Assembly (NCBI GenBank): GCA_035490535.1
Contig: DATHCP010000087.1
Location: 32,665 to 96,664, forward strand
Direction: 5' to 3'
From: Actinomycetota bacterium
GTDB taxonomy: Bacteria > Actinomycetota > UBA4738 > HRBIN12
Length of the DNA: 64,000 nucleotides
Shown here: in pieces, positions 8,834-16,934 of the stretch
How the letters are laid out: each line of letters opens with the position of its first letter
How positions within the stretch are numbered: position 1 is the first letter of the stretch
Position numbers and translations under genes: made by a program
Notes under the pieces: generated by a model
Databases searched by the model: none
What the model saw: the letters and a program-made list of their open reading frames with translations, nothing else
Told to the model about the DNA's origin: nothing

Positions 8834-11800
8834 GTGAGAACCCGACCGCAGGCCCTGCAGCCGACGCCGCCGACCGACCCCGCGGCGCCTGCGCGGCCCG
8901 ATCCGCTGGGTTCCTGGTGGGTCCTGGCGATCGCGACGCTGCTGATGCTCGGGGCCCTTGGCTGGCGGTTCGTCGCGGATCCGAGCCTCGCCGCTCCGAC
9001 GCGCGATCCGGCCTGGTACACGTGGCGCGCCAACGTGATCATGCAGGACCAGCCGGGCTCGATCGTGCGTGAGTGGGGCCCGAACGGCCTGTTCTCCGGT
9101 GGCTACCGGGTGACGGTGCCCCTCGAGGGCGCCCTGCTCCAGCGGGTCGTCGGCATCGACACCTACTCCTTCGCGAAGTTCCTGATGCTCGGCGTGCCGA
9201 TCCTCACCGGGCTCGCGCTGGGCGCGGGCGCGGTGCGGAGCCGCGGCGACCCGGTCGCGTTCCTGACGATGCTGCTCGCGACGGTCGCCCTGTTCCTCAC
9301 CACGCCGTACGTCGGTTACCTCGACAACATCACCGTGCTGTTCCTGCTCGCGTTGATGCTGCCCTTCCTGCAGGCGGCCCGCGAGTCGTGGGGCGCGCGC
9401 ACGGCGCTGTTCCTGATCGGGGTCGCGGCTGCGTTCACGCATCCGACCACGTGCGTCCTGTTCGGCGTGACGCTGCTCGCGGTCTTCGGCTTCCACCTCG
9501 TGACGTCGCGGTTCCGGCTGGGATCCGCGCTGAGGTCGGACGCCCCGACGCTGCTGTCGGTCGGCTCGGGCATGGTCGCCGGCCTCGGCTGCTGGATCAT
9601 CGGCATCTGGGGCCCGAGCGCGAGCCTCAAGGACGCGGCGCTCCCGCCGCCGTACACGAAGGCGTTCTTCGTCGACCGGCTGCTCGACTGGATCGGCTCG
9701 ATGCAGCCCGTGATCGTGGTGCCCTTCATCGTGCTCGCGATCGGGTCGACGATCTGGCTCGCACGCACGCGCCGTGAGCCGGCGCACGCGTTCGACGTGA
9801 CCGCGGCCTGGTGGCTCCTGCCGCTCGCCGGGGTCGCCACGATCGTGCTCGGGACCGCCGATCAGGTCTCCGGCGATCCGAACTCGCCGGTCGTCCCCTA
9901 CTACCGGTTCATGAACGCGACCGCGGCGCCGATGGCGCTCGTCGGGCTGGGTGCGTTCGCGCTGATCCGATGGGCGCGCACGCATCCGGATCGCCGGAGC
10001 CTGCTGCGTGGGTTCGGCGTGGCGCTCGCCGTGGTGGTGGTGGGGTGGCTCCTGAACGGCGTCGCACTCACGAACCCGCAGATCCCGACGTGGGTCTTCG
10101 CGGTGCTGGGCCTCGCCGCGCTGATCGGCCTGGCCGGCGCCGCGACCGGGTCGGGCGACGGGGTCCGCCGCGCCGTGGCGCTCGTGGCGGCCTCGGTCCT
10201 GGTGATCGGCTCCCTCGGCTTCCTGCTCGTCGACGGGCTCCAGCACCGCTGGGTGAGCGCCGCGAACCAGTACCCGAACCAGTCGGTTCGCGGCTCGCTC
10301 GCGGCCGTCGACGTGGTGGCGACCGCGGCCGGCCAGCGGCCGTTGATCCTCGTCGTGAACGACACCGACGCCGACGACGACACCGGTTCGAACACGGCCT
10401 ACGGATGGGCCAAGACCTTCACGAACGTGTTCCGCACGGGCCTTCCCGGCACCTCGGCGAAGTATCAGGCCACGTACCTCGGGTCGCTGGACAACTTCCT
10501 GGCCGGCGAGGTCACGACGAGCAGTTCGGGAAGCCGCGGCTACGACCGCGCTGCGGAGGCGCACTTCGGTGAGGTGCAGAAGCGCCTGGCCGACTATCCG
10601 GAGGATCCGGCCGTCTTCGTGGTCCGCGAATACTACGGTGGGCTCTGCAACGGCGAGCCCGCCTGCACACCGGAGCAGGAGCGCCAGCGTTTGGACGCCG
10701 CGATGGCCAAGGGCGTCGCGATCGGGCCGGACGTGTCCGTGATCGAGGGGCCCGGCCTGTGGACCCCGCCCGCCGACGTCGTCCACCAGGCGAACGCCGT
10801 GGCGAACGACACGATCTCGGCCCTCGAGCACCATCCGGGAGCGTTCTCGGATCCGCTGCACACCTTGCTCGTGATCGCGATCCTCGCGGTGCTGCTGGTC
10901 GTGCCGGGCGCGCTGGCAGCGCCGTGGTTCGGCCTACGAACCACCGTCGATCGCTTCGCGCTGATCCCGGGGACCTCCGTCGTCCTGCTCCTGCTTTCCG
11001 GCATCGCGACGCTCGCGGTCTGGCGCGGGCCGCTGACCACGGTGAAGGGGTGGGCGGTCGTCCTGGTCGCGATCGGCGTCGGAGCGGCGTTCCGCGTCGC
11101 CGACCGCTGGCTCCAGCGGCCGCTCGAATCCTTCGGCGGCTTCTTCGACCGGATGTTCGCGGTCTTCGGGGAGCCGGCGTTCGCCGTGCTGATGACGGTC
11201 CAGTTCCTCGCGCAGGCCGGCCAGGGGGTCGTGCAGGGCGCGATCGGCAAGTCGATCGGCTTCGGCGGCCAGAAGGGCTTCGACGTCTCCGACGTGCCCT
11301 CGGCGGACTACCTGTTGAAGGTCGTGCTGTGGCTGTACGTCCCCTACACCCTGCTGTCGCCATTCATCGGGGTGCTCATCGACCGCTTCGCGCGCAAGCG
11401 GGTGATCTGGTGGGCGGGTCTGCTCACGGCCGGCGTCGTCGCCGCGGTCGCCGTCGGCGCGTTGGCGCCGCTCGGTGGCGGTTCCTCCGAGGGCAAGGCG
11501 CTGGACACCGCCCTGCTGATCCTCGGGCTGCTGGCCGCGCAGGCGTGCGTCCGCGTGGCGCTCGCGGTGAAGTCCGCCGCGATGCCCGACGTCCTGTCGG
11601 GCAAGGACCTGCTGCAGGGCAACGCGCTGTCGCAGGCCGGCGGCGCGCTGTTCCAGGTGGTGGGCATCGCGATCGCGGTGGTGGGCACCAGCATCCTCGC
11701 GTCCTGGGTGGTCGTGCTGGGCGGCGCCGGGATCCTCGTCGCGGCCGCGATCGCCTCCCGGCGCATGCAGCACGTGGAGGCGACCGTGCACGCCACGTCG

Positions 11801-12496
11801 TTCGGCTACGAGGCGCGCCGCGTGTTGCACTCGGTCTGGGCCGGGTTGAAGGAGGTCGCGGCCCGCCCGGCCGCGGCCCTCGGGCTCACGTCGTTCCAGA
11901 TGCTCCGGTACCAGTTCTGGGGCTTCGGGCTGTTCGTGTTCGCACTCACCGCCAAGGACCTCGTGCAGGGCGGGCTCGCGCAGGCGGACACGCTCGCGCT
12001 CGTCCTGTCTGGTGTCGGGGGCCTGTTCGGCGGTGCGCTCGGCCTGATCCTCGCACAGAAGCTCAAGGACCGGGTGCCGCCGATCCGGCTGCTCCTCGCC
12101 TCGATGGTCGTGCTCGGTGTGGGCACGGTCGTGTTCGGCGCGTCGGTCTCCGTCGCGGGGTTCGCGGCGATGCTGTTCACCGGGTTCTTCGCGTTCTTCC
12201 TGGGGAAGATCGCCTCCGACACGATCACCCAGCAGGCGATGCCCGACGGGTTCCGCGGCCGGGCGTTCGCCCTGTACGACATCGCGTACAACCTCGGCTT
12301 CATCGTGCCCGCGATCATCCTGTCGTTCGTGTGGATCGAGAACGATCCCACGCGCACGCGGGCGATCCTGATCGTGTCGGGGCTCCTCTTCCTCGCGCTC
12401 ACGGCACTCGTGGCGTTGTGGGCCGGAAGGATCCGCCGGGACTTCGCGCCCCAGGATGACCTGCCGGCAGCCGAGGCCGAGCCCGCGACCGACTAG
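8834..12496 (+). CDS. large fusion protein: polytopic membrane domain + soluble domain + MFS transporter domain
   Basis: GTG 8834 is preceded by GAGGTGGAGAAGAGGA. One open frame of about 1220 codons. The N-terminal ~470 aa has many hydrophobic spans. A soluble segment spans 10262-10858. The C-terminal MFS has VLIDRFARKR in loop 2-3. Confidence 0.75.
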   Translation: MRTRPQALQPTPPTDPAAPARPDPLGSWWVLAIATLLMLGALGWRFVADPSLAAPTRDPAWYTWRANVIMQDQPGSIVREWGPNGLFSGGYRVTVPLEGALLQRVVGIDTYSFAKFLMLGVPILTGLALGAGAVRSRGDPVAFLTMLLATVALFLTTPYVGYLDNITVLFLLALMLPFLQAARESWGARTALFLIGVAAAFTHPTTCVLFGVTLLAVFGFHLVTSRFRLGSALRSDAPTLLSVGSGMVAGLGCWIIGIWGPSASLKDAALPPPYTKAFFVDRLLDWIGSMQPVIVVPFIVLAIGSTIWLARTRREPAHAFDVTAAWWLLPLAGVATIVLGTADQVSGDPNSPVVPYYRFMNATAAPMALVGLGAFALIRWARTHPDRRSLLRGFGVALAVVVVGWLLNGVALTNPQIPTWVFAVLGLAALIGLAGAATGSGDGVRRAVALVAASVLVIGSLGFLLVDGLQHRWVSAANQYPNQSVRGSLAAVDVVATAAGQRPLILVVNDTDADDDTGSNTAYGWAKTFTNVFRTGLPGTSAKYQATYLGSLDNFLAGEVTTSSSGSRGYDRAAEAHFGEVQKRLADYPEDPAVFVVREYYGGLCNGEPACTPEQERQRLDAAMAKGVAIGPDVSVIEGPGLWTPPADVVHQANAVANDTISALEHHPGAFSDPLHTLLVIAILAVLLVVPGALAAPWFGLRTTVDRFALIPGTSVVLLLLSGIATLAVWRGPLTTVKGWAVVLVAIGVGAAFRVADRWLQRPLESFGGFFDRMFAVFGEPAFAVLMTVQFLAQAGQGVVQGAIGKSIGFGGQKGFDVSDVPSADYLLKVVLWLYVPYTLLSPFIGVLIDRFARKRVIWWAGLLTAGVVAAVAVGALAPLGGGSSEGKALDTALLILGLLAAQACVRVALAVKSAAMPDVLSGKDLLQGNALSQAGGALFQVVGIAIAVVGTSILASWVVVLGGAGILVAAAIASRRMQHVEATVHATSFGYEARRVLHSVWAGLKEVAARPAAALGLTSFQMLRYQFWGFGLFVFALTAKDLVQGGLAQADTLALVLSGVGGLFGGALGLILAQKLKDRVPPIRLLLASMVVLGVGTVVFGASVSVAGFAAMLFTGFFAFFLGKIASDTITQQAMPDGFRGRAFALYDIAYNLGFIVPAIILSFVWIENDPTRTRAILIVSGLLFLALTALVALWAGRIRRDFAPQDDLPAAEAEPATD

Positions 12497-12506
12497 CGGG
12501 GCCGTC

Positions 12507-13304
12507 GTGCCCGAAGTGATCGCCCGCGACGGTGTCCGCCTCCACGTGGAGGTCGATGGCGAAGGCCCGCCAGTGACCGTGTTCGCCCACGGCCTCACGA
12601 ACTCCTGCGCGGAACTGTCGGCGTTCACGCCGGCCGCGCCCGGCACGAAGGTCCGGTTCTGCTTCCGGGGCCACGGCCACTCCGACGTGCCGCCGCCGGG
12701 TTCCTCGCGATTCGTGGACTTCGCCGGCGACGTCGACGCGGTCGCGCGCGCCTACGGGGCGACGCGAGCGGTCGGGACCTCGCTGGGCGCCGGCGCGATC
12801 ACGCATCTGCTCGGCCAAGATCCCGGCCGCTTCGAACGCCTCGTCTTCGTCCTGCCGGCGGCCCTGGACGTTCCGCTCGCCGCCGGGTCCCAGGCCGACT
12901 ACGAGCGGACCGCCGAGCTCCTCGAGACGCTCCCCACGGACCAGGCCATCGACCGGATCCTCGAGGCGTCCGGCCGCGTGGAGGAATACCGGGAGCGGCC
13001 CTGGCTCCGCGAGGTCGACCTGCTCCTGTGGCAGGACCTGAACCCCACCGGCGTCGCGCGCGCGATCCGCGAGGTCACGCGCGACGTCGCGATCGCCGAC
13101 CGGGAGCTCCTGCGCCGGGTCGAGGCGCCGGCGATCGTGATCGGCCGCGAGGGCGACGAGATCCATCCCGCCGCCCTCGCGCGTGTCCTGGCCGAGCTGC
13201 TCGCGAACGCCGAGCTGATCTTGCTGAGCTCTGAGGACGAGCTGCTGGCGGCGATCCCGATGCTCGTGCAGCGGGTCAGCGCGTTCCTGGAGGAAGGGTC
13301 GTGA
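12507..13304 (+). CDS. alpha/beta hydrolase
   Basis: GTG 12507 (or 12516) lies just after the previous stop. Oxyanion FAHGL and nucleophile elbow AVGTSLGAG. Confidence 0.75.
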   Translation: MPEVIARDGVRLHVEVDGEGPPVTVFAHGLTNSCAELSAFTPAAPGTKVRFCFRGHGHSDVPPPGSSRFVDFAGDVDAVARAYGATRAVGTSLGAGAITHLLGQDPGRFERLVFVLPAALDVPLAAGSQADYERTAELLETLPTDQAIDRILEASGRVEEYRERPWLREVDLLLWQDLNPTGVARAIREVTRDVAIADRELLRRVEAPAIVIGREGDEIHPAALARVLAELLANAELILLSSEDELLAAIPMLVQRVSAFLEEGS

Positions 13305-14215
13305 CGGAGCGCGCCGCCGGACGCCGGACCTCGTCGGAGATCACGGGGTCGTTGCTGTGCGTGCTGATGGGCGTGCTGTTCGCGTTCGTGGTGATCCTGG
13401 GCAAGGGGCTGCTCAACGGGCATCCGCCGTTCGTCCTGTTGACGTTCCGGTTCGGCATCACGGCCGTGCTCCTGCTGGTGGTCCTGCTGTTCACGCGCTC
13501 TCCGCTCGTGCCGCAGCGCGGGGAACGACTGGGTCTCGTCGTGGCGGCGACCCTGGGGTACGGCACCGAGTCCGCGCTGTACTTCTCCGCGTTGAACCAC
13601 GGCACCGCGGCCGCCGTGACGTTGCTGTTCTACACCTACCCCGTCTGGGTGATGCTCGCGTCGATCGTGATGGACCGGCGCGTGCCCGCCGGGCGCCTGA
13701 TCGCGGCGCTGGTCCTGGCGGTCGCCGGCGCGGGGGTCGTGGTGGCCGCCGGGACCGGCGTCGACGTGGAGCCGATCGGGATCGTGCTCGCGATCGCGTG
13801 CTCGCTGGCCTACACCGGCTACCTGATCGGTGTCGACCGGGTCGTGCACCGCACGAACCCGCTCACCACCGCGACCTGGCTCGCGGCGGGCGCGGCGCTC
13901 GCGAACATCGTCTACGGGGTCGCGTTCCACGCGGTCGCGATGCCGCAGGGCTCGGAGGTCGGCGCGCGGGTGTTCGGGATGGGCGCGTTCACCGCCGGTG
14001 CTTTCGTCGCGATGATCGCGAGCCTGCAGCGGATCGGCGCGGTGCGCAACGCGATCATCGGTGTGCTCGAGCCGCTCACCGTGGCGGTGCTGGCCGCCCT
14101 GCTGCTGGACGAACCGTTGACGGCGGCCACCGTGGTCGGTGGCGTATTGATCCTGAGCGCCGCGGTGATCGCGACCCTCGCGCGCGGCCAGCGCGCGGTC
14201 GAGCCCGACGTCTAG
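13301..14215 (+). CDS. EamA/DMT family transporter
   Basis: GTGA overlap with the hydrolase stop. About 10 hydrophobic spans arranged as two EamA-like repeats. Confidence 0.8.
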   Translation: MTERAAGRRTSSEITGSLLCVLMGVLFAFVVILGKGLLNGHPPFVLLTFRFGITAVLLLVVLLFTRSPLVPQRGERLGLVVAATLGYGTESALYFSALNHGTAAAVTLLFYTYPVWVMLASIVMDRRVPAGRLIAALVLAVAGAGVVVAAGTGVDVEPIGIVLAIACSLAYTGYLIGVDRVVHRTNPLTTATWLAAGAALANIVYGVAFHAVAMPQGSEVGARVFGMGAFTAGAFVAMIASLQRIGAVRNAIIGVLEPLTVAVLAALLLDEPLTAATVVGGVLILSAAVIATLARGQRAVEPDV

Positions 14216-14233
14216 CCGGAGCCGGACCCGCGG

Positions 14234-14239
14234 TAGTAT
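14234..14239 (+). promoter_or_regulatory. candidate -10 box (TAGTAT) for a leaderless transcript
   Basis: TAGTAT fits TANNNT and ends 8 nt before ATG 14248. There is no Shine-Dalgarno sequence in between. Confidence 0.45.
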
Positions 14240-14247
14240 CCGCCGCC

Positions 14248-15015
14248 ATGACCGAACGCCTCTACGCCGCCGACGCCTACCTCGCCAGCTGCGACGCGGT
14301 GGTCGTGGCCGTCACGGACGACGGCGTGGTGCTGGACCGCACGGTGTTCTACGCGCGCGGCGGCGGCCAGCCGGGCGACACCGGAACGCTCGCGTGGACC
14401 GGCGGCGCGGTCGCGGTCGCCGACACCGTCTCATCGCGGGAGACCGGCGAGGTCCTGCACCGCGTGGACGGGGGGCCACCGCCGGCGGGCACGGCCGTCA
14501 CGGCGACGATCGACTGGGAGCGCCGCCACCTGCACATGCGGACCCACACCGCCCTGCACGCGCTCTCCGGCGTGGTCTACGCCGGGTTCGGCGCGAAGGT
14601 GACCGGTGGCAACATCGACACCGGCGGCGTCGGTCGCATGGACTTCGAGCTGGACTCGATGTCGCAGAGCTTCGGGCGCGAGGTGGAGGAGATCCTCAAC
14701 ACCCGCCTCGCCGAGGACCGGCCGGTCCACGTGCTGGTCCTGCCGCGCTCGGCCGCCCTCGCGGATCCCGACCTGATCCGGACGAAGGTCAACCTGATCC
14801 CGCCCTCGGTCGACCCGATCCGCGTGATCGACATCGAGGGGATCGACAAGCAGGCAGACGGCGGCACCCACGTCCGCTCGACGGGCGAGGTCGGCCGCGT
14901 CCGCGTGGTGAAGACCGAGTCGAAGGGTCGCGCGAACAAACGGATGCGGATCCAGGTGGAGGACCCGGCCGCTCAGCCGCCGAGCAGGGCCCCGAGCAGC
15001 ACGAACACCGCGTAG
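14248..15015 (+). CDS. alanyl-tRNA editing protein, AlaX-M-like (tRNA_SAD domain)
   Basis: MTERLYAADAYL..., the GGGQPGDTG motif, the HxxxH zinc motif (HTALH) and DGGTHV in place of the usual CGGTHV. The 3' end overlaps the convergent gene by 43 nt. Confidence 0.8.
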   Translation: MTERLYAADAYLASCDAVVVAVTDDGVVLDRTVFYARGGGQPGDTGTLAWTGGAVAVADTVSSRETGEVLHRVDGGPPPAGTAVTATIDWERRHLHMRTHTALHALSGVVYAGFGAKVTGGNIDTGGVGRMDFELDSMSQSFGREVEEILNTRLAEDRPVHVLVLPRSAALADPDLIRTKVNLIPPSVDPIRVIDIEGIDKQADGGTHVRSTGEVGRVRVVKTESKGRANKRMRIQVEDPAAQPPSRAPSSTNTA

Positions 15016-16910
15016 ATCGCGATCCCGCCGACGGTCAGGATCAGGCGGAGCTGGCGCGGGATCGGCGAGCGCCCGAACGCGAAGTACAGCAGGGGCCCGA
15101 CGAACGGCACCGCGAGCACCACCAGCATCCAGCGCGCACGGTGCGCGATCGCGGCCGACTCCTGCCGGATCAGGTCCCACATCGCCACGGCGACCCACGA
15201 TGCGTACAGCACGAACGGCAGCACGTACCCGTAGAGGCCGAGCAGCAGGCTCCACCACGAGGTCGCGAGCGGCATCCCCATCACGGCGAGCTCCTTCCCG
15301 ACGGTCGGTCCGGCGGGCGCACGGAGCTCCTCGACCGGACGGATGCGGTACGGCTGCGGCACGTTCTGGCCGGCGATCGCCGGAACGGGCGGCGCCTTCG
15401 CCGGGTCACCCGGCAGCTGCGGCTGCGGTGGCGCCGACGGCCCGGTGCGCCAGTCGCCGTGGGGGAACGTCCCGTCCTGTGCGTCCAGGTAGCGCGCGAG
15501 CGCTTCGAGCGTCGGCGCGATCGATCCGCCCCCGCCCGGGAACGGCCGGATGCCTGAGCACGGGTACAGCAGCTGGATCGCCGGGGGTTGGCTGCTCCCG
15601 TGCGTGTTGCCGGCGAAGCAGTCGCCGCCGGCCGAGGGCGCGCCGAGCGCCAGATCGGCCAGCCCGCTGCGGCGCACCACGTTGTCCGTGATCCGGTTCC
15701 CAGCCGTCGTCCAGAGGTTCCGGTCGATGATCGGCAGCACCGCGATCCCGTACGCCGGTTGGTCCTCGACGAGGTTGCCCGTCACGACGTCGTCGCGGCC
15801 GCCGGTCACGAGGATCCCGACGCCGAACGCGGGATACGTGAGCGGCAGCGTCGGCGCGGACGGCGAGCCGTTGTCGTGGACCACGTTGCCCGCGATCAGG
15901 ACGTCGTGCTGCGGAGGACCGGCCTCGGAATCCAACGTGTTGGGCACGATCCCGGCCAGGTTGCCGGTCCACTCGCTGTTCACGATCGCCAGATCGCCGC
16001 CGGCGTTCGTGCCGCTGAAGCCCGCCGCGTTCCCCTCGGCCGTGACGTCGGTGATCACCGCGTGGCACGGATCGCACTGGCCGATGTAGAAGCCCGAGTC
16101 GGGAGAGCCGCTCGCGTAGGAGTGATCGAACTGCCCGTAGTCCGACGCGAACGCGAAGATCCCGTAATCGCCGTTGTCCTCCGCGGTCAGGTACGACCCC
16201 CAGTAGCCGTGGACGTCGTTCCAGTAGAAGCCGTTCAACGCGAACCGGCGCGCGGTGAGGTTCTGGATCGTGACGCCGTCTGCCTCGAAGACCGCGATCC
16301 CGTTCGCTTCCGTGAAGCCGCCGTCGAGGATCGTCCGGTTCCGGTCGGCGCCGCGGATCGTCAGGTACGGGGTCGTGACGGTCACCGACTCGTGGTAGAC
16401 GCCGGGCGCGATCAGCACCATCCCGCCGGGCCGCGCGTGGTCGACACCGGCTTGGATCGTCGCGAAGTCCTGGGGGACGCGGACCGTCGGCGCGAAGCGC
16501 GTCGGCGGCGGCTCGTGCCCCGGTCCCACGCCGCCGGAGGGTCCGGGGAGCGGCACGTCGCCCACCACGATCGTGCCGATCATCCCGTGGCCGGGGGTGC
16601 CGTGATAGCGGCAGTAGTAGGGATAGACGCCGGGCGTGGCGAACGTCTGCTCGAACCCCCCGCCGGGGGTCAGCCGCCCAGAGTCGAACGATCCGTCGTC
16701 GGCCGTCACCGCGTGGTCCGCGTGACCGTCGTTCGTCCACTCGACCGTCTGGCCCGGCTGGATCCGGACCACCTGCTGGTCGAACGCGTCGTCGACCGCC
16801 GAGACGGTGGCGCCGTACCCCTCGTCCGCATGCGCCGGCGTGCCGAGCAGGAGCGCCGGAACGACCGCCGCGACGGCGATCGCGCCGCGCAGGAAGGGTC
16901 GTCGCCTCAT
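14973..16910 (-). CDS. Tat-signal cupredoxin / right-handed beta-helix (NosD-like) / PLDc_N membrane-anchor fusion protein
   Basis: Start ATG 16910 gives MRRRPFLRGAIAVAAVVPALLLGTPAHA (RRxFL twin-arginine motif). Cupredoxin ligand pattern: HADHAV ... YYCRYHGTPGHGMIG. The middle is a long parallel beta-helix repeat region. The C-terminal two-span segment WDLIRQ...VPFVGPLLYFAFGR resembles the PLD N-terminal domain. Confidence 0.8.
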   Translation of the reverse strand: MRRRPFLRGAIAVAAVVPALLLGTPAHADEGYGATVSAVDDAFDQQVVRIQPGQTVEWTNDGHADHAVTADDGSFDSGRLTPGGGFEQTFATPGVYPYYCRYHGTPGHGMIGTIVVGDVPLPGPSGGVGPGHEPPPTRFAPTVRVPQDFATIQAGVDHARPGGMVLIAPGVYHESVTVTTPYLTIRGADRNRTILDGGFTEANGIAVFEADGVTIQNLTARRFALNGFYWNDVHGYWGSYLTAEDNGDYGIFAFASDYGQFDHSYASGSPDSGFYIGQCDPCHAVITDVTAEGNAAGFSGTNAGGDLAIVNSEWTGNLAGIVPNTLDSEAGPPQHDVLIAGNVVHDNGSPSAPTLPLTYPAFGVGILVTGGRDDVVTGNLVEDQPAYGIAVLPIIDRNLWTTAGNRITDNVVRRSGLADLALGAPSAGGDCFAGNTHGSSQPPAIQLLYPCSGIRPFPGGGGSIAPTLEALARYLDAQDGTFPHGDWRTGPSAPPQPQLPGDPAKAPPVPAIAGQNVPQPYRIRPVEELRAPAGPTVGKELAVMGMPLATSWWSLLLGLYGYVLPFVLYASWVAVAMWDLIRQESAAIAHRARWMLVVLAVPFVGPLLYFAFGRSPIPRQLRLILTVGGIAIYAVFVLLGALLGG

Positions 16911-16918
16911 CGGCGCGG

Positions 16919-16928
16919 ACCCTAGCAT
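16919..16928. promoter_or_regulatory. two overlapping, oppositely oriented -10 boxes (TAGCAT on +, TAGGGT on -)
   Basis: The plus-strand TAGCAT (16923-16928) ends 6 nt before ATG 16935. The minus-strand TAGGGT (16924..16919) ends 8 nt before ATG 16910. The whole intergenic gap is 24 bp. Confidence 0.5.
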
Positions 16929-16934
16929 GGGCCC

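Noticed and set aside
16926-16928. ATG 16928 (MLGSAPMRRRPFL...) as the start of the cupredoxin fusion gene.
   Set aside because: Its complement is part of the plus-strand TAGCAT -10 box. It would leave only 6 bp between the divergent genes. ATG 16910 puts the twin-arginine motif at the usual position right after Met.
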